Source: Nitrososphaerales archaeon (GTDB lineage: Archaea > Thermoproteota > Nitrososphaeria > Conexivisphaerales > Conexivisphaeraceae). Taken from it: 44,221 bases of DNA. The DNA is taken from NCBI GenBank assembly GCA_023256385.1, contig JAGDXL010000015.1:9685-53905 (forward strand), written 5' to 3'. The notes below the pieces were generated by a model, which saw nothing but the letters and a program-made list of their open reading frames with translations, was not told where the DNA came from and did not search any database. The position numbers were made by a program, and so were the translations under genes. Numbering within the stretch: position 1 is the first letter of the stretch; each line of letters begins with the position of its first letter. This document shows, in pieces, positions 18,713 through 27,754 of this stretch.

Positions 18713-19849
18713 TCAGGTGATGTGGAGGGACAGGATGTTCTGAATGCGCCTCAGAACCATTGCGCCGACGACCCTTGCTCCAAGGGAAGCTATCACCCAC
18801 CCACCGAGCTCATCGAACTTCGCGCGCGGGTTATCTAACATTCCGGAGGCGCGCATCCGCTCGAGCAGATTCCACACGTCGCGGGCATCCATGCGTTCGT
18901 AGACGGCGCGCAGGAGCTTCTGGGCAGATTCCTCCTTGCCATGCGCCCTCCTCCAGGTATTCTCGTACAATCTATGCGACTCCACGAGGCTCAGCTCGCC
19001 TGATAGATAGCGGGATATTGCCTGGGCTGCCATCAATGACGACTCAACGCCCAATACATCACCCCCGCCCGTCAGCGGCTTCGCCGCCCCCGCCGCATCT
19101 CCTACCTTGAAGATGCCATCCGATCCGGACCCGGCGAACCCGCCGATCACTATCGGAGATCTCACTATTCTGTACTGCGCGCATACAGTCTTATCGATAA
19201 TCGACTCCACGCCGCCCATAATCGACGTTGGGGAAGAGCCGGCGCCGCCGACGAGCACGTCCCCGCTCTCCGACCAGACTTGCCACATGAAATATTCGCG
19301 AGATACAGCCTTGTCCACCACGACGCGCACATGACCCTCGGCGCGGTCGCCCCCGAAATGGCGACAGGTGTACTGTATGGCGTACAACAGGCGATCGTGC
19401 CTAGGATAGGCCGATGCCCCGCGCGCATCCACAATTGCCCTAGCCGGCTGGACTCCGCTCCTCGACTCCACGCTCCCCGCACCCAGCCTAGTAGCCCTCT
19501 CGGAGAGCCTGAACCTTGCTCCGTTCGACGCCGCGGCGTCGAACAGACATCTCTCGAGTAGCCTGCGATCTATCGAGATAATACCTAGGCCTTCCAAGTT
19601 CACCTCGACCTTTCCCTCACCTCTTACTTCCACTTCGCCATGACTCAGGCGGGCGCCATCCACCTCATGGCCGCACACGTTGCGGAATACTTCGAGTCCC
19701 TCAGAGGATATTATTCCAGCGCACTTGACGGGATAACCTATCTCCGAGTCGTCCTCCAAGAGCAGCACGGAATATCCCATCGATGAGAGCTCAGATGCCG
19801 CTGCCAGGCCAGCAGGTCCTCCCCCGACGACGACCACGTCGTGTTCCAT
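18713..19849 (-). CDS. Geranylgeranyl reductase-family FAD-dependent oxidoreductase
   Basis: VVGGGPAG, PVKCAG and VGDAAGAAKPLTGGG. Confidence 0.85.
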   Translation of the reverse strand: MEHDVVVVGGGPAGLAAASELSSMGYSVLLLEDDSEIGYPVKCAGIISSEGLEVFRNVCGHEVDGARLSHGEVEVRGEGKVEVNLEGLGIISIDRRLLERCLFDAAASNGARFRLSERATRLGAGSVESRSGVQPARAIVDARGASAYPRHDRLLYAIQYTCRHFGGDRAEGHVRVVVDKAVSREYFMWQVWSESGDVLVGGAGSSPTSIMGGVESIIDKTVCAQYRIVRSPIVIGGFAGSGSDGIFKVGDAAGAAKPLTGGGDVLGVESSLMAAQAISRYLSGELSLVESHRLYENTWRRAHGKEESAQKLLRAVYERMDARDVWNLLERMRASGMLDNPRAKFDELGGWVIASLGARVVGAMVLRRIQNILSLHIT

Positions 19850-19971
19850 GCATATCAGCGAGCAGTCATTCTATATTTGAACTGTGTGCCTTAGCTCAGC
19901 GTAATCCGTGCGGGCGGTGTTACGAATCCCTTTCCAACCAATCTTTGATCAGGTTGGATGCGTTCCGGGCA

Positions 19972-20129
19972 GGGTTGTGGGCCGCCCCCACCATCTGGCG
20001 TCAACTCAATAATATCCGAATTCACTTAAAGAATTTTGTTGATTCTAAGGCGGCGTCGTAGTAGATGAACTGGCGGGTTTAAAATGAATTTTACTTATGC
20101 GTCAAATACCGATCAAAGAACTATAAATA
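19972..20129 (+). repeat. Dispersed ~160-bp non-coding element, copy B, ending in a BRE/TATA
   Basis: Colinear with 3769-3927. Confidence 0.75.
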
Positions 20130-20153
20130 TGCGCCGCAGCTTGGCATTGGTCG

Positions 20154-20528
20154 TTGGAGGGGGAATTCTACAACTATAGGCACAAGCAGGTGATAGTTGT
20201 CCGCACGGATATATCAATGGGGAGGGGGAAACTCGCCGCGCAGGTCGCGCACGCAGCGGTTTCATCGCTGAAGGAGGCCGAGAGATCGAGGCCTGAATGG
20301 GCGGCGGAGTGGCTGTCCGAGGGGCAGCCGAAAATAGTGACGAAGGTGAGCGGCCTAGAGGAACTCATGCGCAGGTATGAGATGGCGCGTGCTGCTGGGC
20401 TCCCTGCATCCGTAATAGTGGACAGGGGCTTGACCCAACTGGAACCCGGCACCACGACCTGCATTGGAATAGGTCCGGCTCCGGTTGATCGCGTCGATAG
20501 GATCACGGGAGACCTTAAACTACTGTAA
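20154..20528 (+). CDS. pth2: Peptidyl-tRNA hydrolase Pth2
   Basis: KQVIVVRTDISMGRGKLAAQVAHAAV, DRGLTQLEPGTTTCIGIGP and ITGDLKLL. Confidence 0.96.
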   Translation: MEGEFYNYRHKQVIVVRTDISMGRGKLAAQVAHAAVSSLKEAERSRPEWAAEWLSEGQPKIVTKVSGLEELMRRYEMARAAGLPASVIVDRGLTQLEPGTTTCIGIGPAPVDRVDRITGDLKLL

Positions 20529-20659
20529 CTATCTCCCTTGAGACCCAAGTCGACGACATCGCTGGATCTGCTGCTGGAGGAATGCTTGACGTCGGCAGGA
20601 AATTGCTATATAGGAATGACGGATTGCTCGTATAGTATAGCGCTCTTGAGGGATCTCCC

Positions 20660-21790
20660 TTGAACGAGGATCCGGTTAGGCGCGCGGGCGCCTTATCTGG
20701 GCTGGATGCGCAGCTGGGGATGCTCGTGTACTCGACATCCGTCAGGGGCATGGGTGGACGCGTGAAGGATCGCTGTGACGATTTCATGGTATCGGAGGTT
20801 CTTGCCGCTAGGCCGTCCGCTGGTCGGCTACCGGCATTCGTCGTGGTCAAGGTCGATAGGAACACGATCGATGTCGCCGAGGAGCTGGGTGCGGCCGCCG
20901 GCTGCAGGATCAGGTTCTGGGGGTTGAAGGATAAGAGATCGATCTCAGCTCAGTTCATGCAATGCGCAGGTGTTTCAGGCGGCCGCCCGCGTGGGAATAT
21001 CCGCGGTGACGGGTGGATCGCTAGGTACGTGGGACTCTGGGAGGAGCTGGAGCCTCGGCACTTCGCGGGTAACGCGTTCTCGATAAGGATGCGGGGGATT
21101 GAGCACAGAGTGTACGATGACTCGTTCCATCAGGTCGCCGATGCCCTGCAATCCGGTGGGATCGCCAACTTCTTCGGATATCAGCGGTTCGGCGCCGTCA
21201 ACCAAAACCACATAGCTGGAGGATGCATAGTTAGGAGAGATCTCGGAGGATCGCAATCCGATGGATGTCCCAAGAGAGACGAACTGAGGTCGATACCGCG
21301 GCGCATAAGGAGGTTAATGGTGAACGCGTATCAGTCATATCTATTCAACGCGTCCCTGAGCCGCGTAATCTCCGAGGAGGGTGGTCTTCCACGCCGCTCC
21401 GCGATAGTTCACCGGGTAACTGTACATCCCTTTCCAAGGGCGCTCGACGAACCCATCGCCGGTAATGCATCGGTCGAGGGGACAGTGCCCTCGGCGCCGG
21501 TGCCCGGATATGCGTACAGGAGTCGGGGAGACTCGTACTCGCGGGCGCTCGATGAGATAATGCGCGAGGAGGGCGTGACTCCGAGGGACTTCTACGTCGA
21601 CGACATGCCCGAGGTGAGCGAGGAGGGCTACTGGAGGCCGGCGGTCGTGCTCGGCAGGATCAGCGCGCGGATCGGGGAACGTGAGGACATCGTGCTCACC
21701 ATGCTTCTGCAACGCGGCAGCTACGCCACCGTTGTCCTGAGGGAGATCATGAAGCCCAGCGATCCCGTATCATCTGGGCTGACCAGATGA
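20660..21790 (+). CDS. truD: tRNA pseudouridine(13) synthase TruD
   Basis: DFMVSEV, catalytic GLKDKRSISAQ, GNAFSI, NFFGYQRFG, NAYQSYLFN and GSYATVVLREIMK. Confidence 0.93.
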   Translation: MNEDPVRRAGALSGLDAQLGMLVYSTSVRGMGGRVKDRCDDFMVSEVLAARPSAGRLPAFVVVKVDRNTIDVAEELGAAAGCRIRFWGLKDKRSISAQFMQCAGVSGGRPRGNIRGDGWIARYVGLWEELEPRHFAGNAFSIRMRGIEHRVYDDSFHQVADALQSGGIANFFGYQRFGAVNQNHIAGGCIVRRDLGGSQSDGCPKRDELRSIPRRIRRLMVNAYQSYLFNASLSRVISEEGGLPRRSAIVHRVTVHPFPRALDEPIAGNASVEGTVPSAPVPGYAYRSRGDSYSRALDEIMREEGVTPRDFYVDDMPEVSEEGYWRPAVVLGRISARIGEREDIVLTMLLQRGSYATVVLREIMKPSDPVSSGLTR

Positions 21791-21795
21791 TGGGC

Positions 21796-22851
21796 TCACC
21801 ACTCTATACCCGCGTAGCCAAGTAGCCTTAGGGAGTCGAGCAATCCCTCAGCGTAGCCGGCCTCGGCGAGCGCGAGCTCGACGTTTCCCTCCCCAAGAAA
21901 CCTCTCGGCGTCGGATAGGTAGCTCTCCACGTTCTCCAGCACAGAGTTGACCCCAGGTGATCCGGGTATCGATGACCTGAACTTTGGGAGCGCGGCCCTC
22001 GATTTCTCTATGGCGGTGCTCGCGAGCCTCGCCGCCAAGGATCTCGGAACGGTGCCCATCGCATCCGTCAGCTCCTGCGGGACCCCGAGCACCGCCCTCA
22101 TAGACTCGGCCTCGGTATAGTGCAGGCGGCCCGGCACTATGATCGTGTGCGGATGCTCACCGAAGTCCGTGTCCAGCGCGTCGCTCAACCTGAGCACCCT
22201 CACGGACTCCGACTCCGAGAAGAGCCTCGACGCAATCACAATGATCCTGTCCGGACCGAATGATCCGAGGCGCCATGAGCTCTCCGCCTCCACCAGTGCG
22301 CGCAATCCATCGCCGACGTCGATTCCTTCCCCGCTCGCCGGATCGTGCTGCATCAGCAATATGGAGTGCTGCGAGTTCCTCAGCGCACCCGTGACTCCGA
22401 AATATGCCCTGTAGGCCGTCTGAGGAGGGCCCGCGACCAGCGTGCCGATGAACCCTAGTTTGTAGATGTGCAGCCCTATCCTACTGAGCGCTGAGCTCAC
22501 TATGCTCGAGGAGTGCCATATCCGGACCTCGATGCCCGATCTGGCGGCCTCCTGTCTGATCGCGTCGTGGGTTGTGGCCACGAATACGTCGCCTGGAATC
22601 ACTATGCCTAGGCAGCCAGCCGAGGCCGACCGCAGGAGTCCTTGGACGTCCTCCAATTCATCCCTGCCCGCTTCCTTAACCTCCGTTCCTAGGAGCGCGT
22701 GTAGTTCATTTAGTACGCGTACGGGGTCGATGGGTGTCGTGTAGGAGTCCAGCAATACGCGGTCGCATCTTCTGAGCTCCTCCACGGCGCCCACCGGAAT
22801 CCCCTGGGCACCGTGGACGCCCATTCCCACTAAGAGCAACGGCATGAGCAT
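21796..22851 (-). CDS. dph5: Diphthine synthase with C-terminal DUF357-like domain
   Basis: LDSYTT, PGDVFVATTH and PHTIIVPGRLHYTEAE. The C-terminal YLSDAERFL..G...LAL...GYAEGLLDSLR is DUF357-like. Start is 22845 or 22851. Confidence 0.88.
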   Translation of the reverse strand: MLMPLLLVGMGVHGAQGIPVGAVEELRRCDRVLLDSYTTPIDPVRVLNELHALLGTEVKEAGRDELEDVQGLLRSASAGCLGIVIPGDVFVATTHDAIRQEAARSGIEVRIWHSSSIVSSALSRIGLHIYKLGFIGTLVAGPPQTAYRAYFGVTGALRNSQHSILLMQHDPASGEGIDVGDGLRALVEAESSWRLGSFGPDRIIVIASRLFSESESVRVLRLSDALDTDFGEHPHTIIVPGRLHYTEAESMRAVLGVPQELTDAMGTVPRSLAARLASTAIEKSRAALPKFRSSIPGSPGVNSVLENVESYLSDAERFLGEGNVELALAEAGYAEGLLDSLRLLGYAGIEW

Positions 22852-23019
22852 CGGGATATTTCAGCTGGTTATAGTTCTTTACCCGGCTTCATGACCACGT
22901 ACAGGGAGGAGTGAGCCTACCTGCTCCCTAACGGAGGAGCGAGTTAGCGGCCCAGCCGTGCAACGAAGCAGTTTGTCAAAGAACTATAAATAACCCTGAT
23001 CCAGCAGGCTTCGCAGATT

Positions 23020-24363
23020 TTGGCTCAGAAGTGGCTCAGACTAGTCGCAAAGGAGGCGGCCCCCAAGGACGTGGGCAAGTCAAGGGCGAGGCTCAATCCC
23101 AAGATATTCGAGGAGCTCAACCTGAAGTCCGGTGACATAGTGGAGATAAGGGGCAAGTCCTCCACGGCGGCGCAGGCCTGGCCATCCGAGGAGACTCCCT
23201 CGGACTCGATAAGGATAGATGGAATAACACGGAGGAACGCGGGGGTCTCGCTCAACGACTACGTCGAGATCCGCAGGGTGAAGCGTCGCGTGGCCGAGAA
23301 GGTCGTCCTGTCATCGGTGGGCGAGGAGCTGAAGGTCGACGAGGACTTCCTGTCCTTCCTTAAGAATAGGCTGATAGGGATGCCGCTTCATCAGGATAAC
23401 ATCGCGTCAGTGGTTCTCCTGGGCAACCCTGTGCGCTTCAAGGTGATATCGCTGAAGCCAAGCACTATAGCAGTCGTGGACGAGTCCACCGAGATAGTGG
23501 TCGAGAGATCGCTTCCCGCCATAGAGGGCGAGCGCGTGACCTACGATGACATAGGCGGACTGAGCGATCAGTTGATGAAGCTCAGGGAGATGGTCGAGCT
23601 CCCTCTCCGCCATCCGGAGTTCTTCAGGAGGCTGGGCATAGATCCCCCCAGGGGAGTGCTCCTCTACGGTCCTCCGGGCTGCGGGAAGACCCTGATAGCG
23701 AAGGCGCTCGCTAATGAGTCCGGGGCCAATCTGATACTAGTCCGTGGACCCGAGCTGCTGAGCAAGTGGGTCGGCGAGAGCGAGCGTGCGATAAGAGGAA
23801 TATTCAAGAAGGCGGTGAGCGCATCTCCCACAGTCATAGTATTCGACGAGATAGATGCGCTGGCCCCATCCAGGGCTTACATGTCAGGTGGCTGGTCCCC
23901 GGAGACGATAGTCAGCCAGCTGATAACGGAGCTTGATGGGCTGGAGGACTTCTCCGGCGTCTATGTTATCGGCACTACTAACAGGCCCGAGCTGATGGAC
24001 GCCGCACTGCTCCGGCCAGGGCGGTTCGATCTCCTGATATATGTTCCACCTCCAGGCGCCGGGGAAAGGGAGGAGATACTTAGGCTGCTTGCCCGGAGAG
24101 TTCCACTCGCCGAGGAGGTCGATCTAGGTGAAATAGCTAGGAGGACGGAGGGATATACGGGCGCTGATCTGAAGGCGCTCGTCCGCGAGGCCGCATTGAA
24201 CGCTATATCGGAGGGCAGATCCTCGGTGAAGCATCAGGACTTCGAGAGAGCTCAGCAGTTCGTCAGGCCGACTGTGACCAAGGAGATGCTGGAGTATTTC
24301 TCCAAGCTGGAACAGAAACTCAACAGTAGGATTTATAGCGAGGCCAGACAACCCTACCTGTAA
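23020..24363 (+). CDS. Cdc48/VCP-like ATPase with N domain but a single AAA domain
   Basis: Cdc48 N domain ([28 protein letters not shown]), one Walker A GPPGCGKT, Walker B FDEID and [21 protein letters not shown]. 447 aa. Confidence 0.9.
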   Translation: MAQKWLRLVAKEAAPKDVGKSRARLNPKIFEELNLKSGDIVEIRGKSSTAAQAWPSEETPSDSIRIDGITRRNAGVSLNDYVEIRRVKRRVAEKVVLSSVGEELKVDEDFLSFLKNRLIGMPLHQDNIASVVLLGNPVRFKVISLKPSTIAVVDESTEIVVERSLPAIEGERVTYDDIGGLSDQLMKLREMVELPLRHPEFFRRLGIDPPRGVLLYGPPGCGKTLIAKALANESGANLILVRGPELLSKWVGESERAIRGIFKKAVSASPTVIVFDEIDALAPSRAYMSGGWSPETIVSQLITELDGLEDFSGVYVIGTTNRPELMDAALLRPGRFDLLIYVPPPGAGEREEILRLLARRVPLAEEVDLGEIARRTEGYTGADLKALVREAALNAISEGRSSVKHQDFERAQQFVRPTVTKEMLEYFSKLEQKLNSRIYSEARQPYL

Positions 24364-24369
24364 TCGCGA

Positions 24370-24711
24370 ATGAGAAGTCTCTACTGGCAGGTCTATGAGC
24401 TCCTCAGCAATTCCCGGGTCATGGACGCCAACGACCTCTATAACATGCTGAAGAGGAGGATCCCGGATATAGCTAGGAGGGAGCTGGACGACGTGCTCCT
24501 CAAGCTGGAGTCGGCCGGCTTCATCACGGTCGTGCAGGTCTCCAGGGATCAGCGCAGGATAGAGTTCGTGGAGCAGCGCGTTGAGGCCGCCGCCCAGGAG
24601 CAGGAGGAGGGCGCCGAGGAGACCGCGCCGCCCGCGAATGAGCGAGTCACCTCGCGAACGCCTGCGGGTTGTCACCGGCGAGGTATCTTGCAGATTGTAA
24701 TGTTGCAGTAA
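24370..24711 (+). CDS. Small winged-helix protein with acidic C-terminal segment
   Basis: ELDDVLLKLESAGFITV...RRIEFV fits a wHTH. Starts 6 nt after the ATPase stop. Confidence 0.65.
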   Translation: MRSLYWQVYELLSNSRVMDANDLYNMLKRRIPDIARRELDDVLLKLESAGFITVVQVSRDQRRIEFVEQRVEAAAQEQEEGAEETAPPANERVTSRTPAGCHRRGILQIVMLQ

Positions 24712-24830
24712 TCATGATCATGGAGAGTTGGATGGAGGGTGGGCAATGCCCGGAAGACCGCTCAGCGCCAAAGTTGAGCGACCGCAAAGATAAATATATC
24801 TGGCATATGACATTAAATCGACGGTAAGCG

Positions 24831-25859
24831 TTGGGAGTGGACCTGGGGCCTCTCATAAAGAACCGGAGGCAGGTCAAGGTAGAGGAGCTCCACGGCAGGG
24901 CAGTGGCAATAGACGGATATAATGCTCTCTATCAATTCCTCGCGGTCATAAGGGGGGAGGCCGGAGAGCCGCTGACGGATTCCAAGGGGAGGGTAACCAG
25001 CCACCTGAGCGGCCTCTACTACAGAACCCTAAATCTCTTGGAGAAGGGCGTGAAACCGGTCTACGTATTCGATGGAAGGCCTCCGGAGCTTAAGGCTCAG
25101 GAGATAGAGAATCGCGTGAAGCAGAGGGAGGCTGCCAGGGCCAAATACGAGGACGCCCTGAGGCGCGGAGATCTGGAGTCCGCCAAGACCTACGCGTCGA
25201 TGAGCACTAGGTTAAGGGATTACATGGTGAGCGATGCCAAGCAGCTGCTCGATGCTCTCGGCATTCCGTGGCTCCAAGCTCCAAGCGAGGGGGAGGCAGA
25301 GGCCGCGTACATGGCCGCGAAGGGCTACGTATGGGCATCCGTATCCCAGGACTACGACTCACTGCTCTTCGGATCACCGGTACTGGTGAGAAATCTGACA
25401 ATATCCGGTAGGCGCAAATTGCCCAAGAAGGACGTTTACGTAGAGGTGGTGCCTGAGATACTGGAGCTCCAACTGGTGCTCGACGAACTGGGCTTGACCA
25501 GGGAGCAGCTGGTCGATCTCGCTATATTGATAGGTACGGATTTCAATCCGGACGGAATAAAGGGAATCGGGCCTATGAAGGCCTACAACTACGTAAAGAA
25601 GTACGGCAGGCTGGAGGACATCGTAGAGCTCCGCGACGAGCTGAGCTCCATAGACTATGCGACGATAAGGAACATCTTCCTTCAGCCGAACGTCGTGGAT
25701 CCTGGCGAATTGGAGTGGCGGCCGCCGGACGAGGAGAGGGTGGTGGAGTTCCTATGTCGTGAACATGATTTTTCAGAGGAGAGGGTCATGAACGCCCTCA
25801 GGAGATTGAGGTCCAGCAGCTCCGCGCGCACGGAGAGCTTGGACAAGTGGTTCGGATGA
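24831..25859 (+). CDS. fen: Flap endonuclease 1
   Basis: AIDGYNALYQFL, PVYVFDG, APSEGEAEAA, SQDYDSLLFG, GTDFNPDG and C-terminal PIP-like SLDKWF. Confidence 0.98.
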   Translation: MGVDLGPLIKNRRQVKVEELHGRAVAIDGYNALYQFLAVIRGEAGEPLTDSKGRVTSHLSGLYYRTLNLLEKGVKPVYVFDGRPPELKAQEIENRVKQREAARAKYEDALRRGDLESAKTYASMSTRLRDYMVSDAKQLLDALGIPWLQAPSEGEAEAAYMAAKGYVWASVSQDYDSLLFGSPVLVRNLTISGRRKLPKKDVYVEVVPEILELQLVLDELGLTREQLVDLAILIGTDFNPDGIKGIGPMKAYNYVKKYGRLEDIVELRDELSSIDYATIRNIFLQPNVVDPGELEWRPPDEERVVEFLCREHDFSEERVMNALRRLRSSSSARTESLDKWFG

Positions 25860-26554
25860 ACGTCGACGAGGCATCCTCACTCATTGATTCCCTCAAGCGT
25901 CAGGGGATAGTGAGATCGCGCAGGGTCGAGGAGGCAATGCTCAGGGTGCCCCGCGAGCTCTTCGTGTGGCCGGGCACCGAACACCGGGCGTACGAGGACG
26001 TTCCACTGCCTCTGGGCGACACCGGTCAGACCATATCCGCGCCGCACATGGTGGCCATAATGCTCGAGGCGCTCGAGGTGGAGCCTGGCAATCATGTGCT
26101 CGAGATCGGCACCGGCAGCGGATACAACGCGGCGCTGCTGGCGGAGCTCGTAGGACGGGACGGCAATGTTGTGAGCGTGGAGCGGCTTCCAGAGCTCGTG
26201 GAGTTCGCGCGTTCCAATTTGAAGCGGGCGGGATATCTAGATCGCGTTGAGGTCGTGCTCGGCGATGGCTCCCTCGGATATCCCCCTAGATACGAAGGCC
26301 CGCTGTACGACCGTGTCACGATCACGGCGTCAGCTCCTCGGCTCCCACGGTATCCCATGGCGCAGCTCAGGGATGGCGGCATACTGTTGGTGCCGCTGGG
26401 TCCACCTGGGTATCAGGTCCTGACAAGGGTGCGCAGGAGGGGGAACTCATACAGCTCGGAAGAATTATTGGGGTGCGTGTTCGTCCCCCTTGTGGGGGAA
26501 GATGGCTACGGGCCCGGCGGACTCGATATCATTCGTGGGTCATCCGAACGTTAG
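25856..26554 (+). CDS. pcm: Protein-L-isoaspartate O-methyltransferase
   Basis: VPRELFV, GQTISAPHMV, VLEIGTGSGYNAA and GDGSLGY. Confidence 0.95.
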   Translation: MNVDEASSLIDSLKRQGIVRSRRVEEAMLRVPRELFVWPGTEHRAYEDVPLPLGDTGQTISAPHMVAIMLEALEVEPGNHVLEIGTGSGYNAALLAELVGRDGNVVSVERLPELVEFARSNLKRAGYLDRVEVVLGDGSLGYPPRYEGPLYDRVTITASAPRLPRYPMAQLRDGGILLVPLGPPGYQVLTRVRRRGNSYSSEELLGCVFVPLVGEDGYGPGGLDIIRGSSER

Positions 26555-26924
26555 GGCCACCCACGAGAACACTATCGAGGTGACAACCGAGGATTATCTG
26601 ACGCCGAGGGGAGATTGCATAATAGGCGTCAGGGCCGACAAGGGAGCCGCTGGACTTAGCGAGGAGATCAAGCGACACATAAGGTTGGGGGGCAGGCTTC
26701 GCCTCGAGATAATCGTGGGGGAACTTTCATTCACATTCGACGCGTGGGGATCCCCAAACCTAGAGCTCTCGGATGCTAGATCCGCGGTCATCAGGAGGAG
26801 CTCCTTCGCCAGCCCCAGGACCATAGCCGTGAGATCTACTGCGGTCGCCCGCGACATCCCGAGGGGCATCGTGTCGGAGCTCAGGAGAGGTCGCCGCGGC
26901 GTCCTAGCAATATATGTGCTCTAG
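26502..26924 (+). CDS. DUF371-family protein
   Basis: GHPNVRATH..TIEVT.EDYLTPRGDCIIGV.ADK signature. Confidence 0.9.
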   Translation: MATGPADSISFVGHPNVRATHENTIEVTTEDYLTPRGDCIIGVRADKGAAGLSEEIKRHIRLGGRLRLEIIVGELSFTFDAWGSPNLELSDARSAVIRRSSFASPRTIAVRSTAVARDIPRGIVSELRRGRRGVLAIYVL

Positions 26925-27006
26925 CCCTAGGACTAAGCAGATCGCAATGGCCCACGGCGGGCGCGAATCAGGCTGAGAAGTCCGTCAGGACGCCATCCGC
27001 ACATGT

Positions 27007-27696
27007 TCACGCAGATCTCCTGAACGATTTTATCAGACCGTCTATCGAGGAGAACGCCTTCGCGGCATCCCTCGAATCCACTAGCACTATTGTGTCAGTG
27101 TGGCTGCTCGTCATATCCTCCACGTTTATTCCTTCCTCGTACAACTTCACGAATATCGGTATCAGGCATCCCGGCGTCTGCTTGATCTCCGGTGGACTTG
27201 ATATTATGATCGCCGCCAGTCCATCCCTGCGCTCTAGGACATCCGCCGTGCCCGCCACGGCGTTCAGCACGTCCACCGCCCTCGCGTCAACTGCTATTGT
27301 TATCGACTCAAGCCCCTCCGTCAGGTGTACCAGATGTTCATGCGAGCGCCTCAGGATGTCCATGACAACCCTCACGGCGGCCCTCGTCCTCGCGATTGAT
27401 ATCCTGGATATATCCGTCCTCACGGCGGCCGCGCTTCTTCCTATCACATCGCGCACGGCGCTGCTCGGCGTCGTCGGCTCCACGTTCCCGCGGAGTCTCC
27501 TGAGCGCAACTAATATTGCGTCGTCACTTGCCGCTGAGCCGCGAACGCGCTCCACTTCTGGCCTCATAGCACGCGCGAGCGCCGATAAGTTCGCGTAGCC
27601 GTACATGACCGCTAACTTCGCCGGCAGGTTCTGCTCCAAAACCGCGCGCACGGCATCTGCCACGCTTATTTGTCCATTAATAGACTTTCTGACCAT
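27007..27696 (-). CDS. ACT-domain regulatory protein (N-terminal HTH-like, C-terminal ACT)
   Basis: N-terminal ANLSALAR...AILVALRR and C-terminal SPPEIKQTPG...L...GINVED..S.HTDTIVLV. Divergent from argG. Confidence 0.75.
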   Translation of the reverse strand: MVRKSINGQISVADAVRAVLEQNLPAKLAVMYGYANLSALARAMRPEVERVRGSAASDDAILVALRRLRGNVEPTTPSSAVRDVIGRSAAAVRTDISRISIARTRAAVRVVMDILRRSHEHLVHLTEGLESITIAVDARAVDVLNAVAGTADVLERRDGLAAIIISSPPEIKQTPGCLIPIFVKLYEEGINVEDMTSSHTDTIVLVDSRDAAKAFSSIDGLIKSFRRSA

Positions 27697-27754
27697 TTCT
27701 GGTCATACTTTGGCCAAAAACAATAATTAAGGGTATCGGGGGAGGGCCCTCAGA

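Noticed and set aside
19933-19958. TCCAACC/GGTTGGA inverted repeat just left of repeat copy B as an element terminus
   Set aside because: No counterpart beside copy A, so it cannot be assigned to the element.
21796-22851. Dph5-DUF357 fusion
   Set aside because: To my knowledge already common in this phylum.
24759-24780. Hairpin CGCTCAGC-N6-GTTGAGCG upstream of fen
   Set aside because: A single short stem with no T-tract or second copy, so function is unsupported.
26925-27006. Second C/D sRNA in the DUF371/ACT convergent spacer
   Set aside because: Two CTGA occur on the minus strand, but there is no acceptable C/C' box spacing or promoter.
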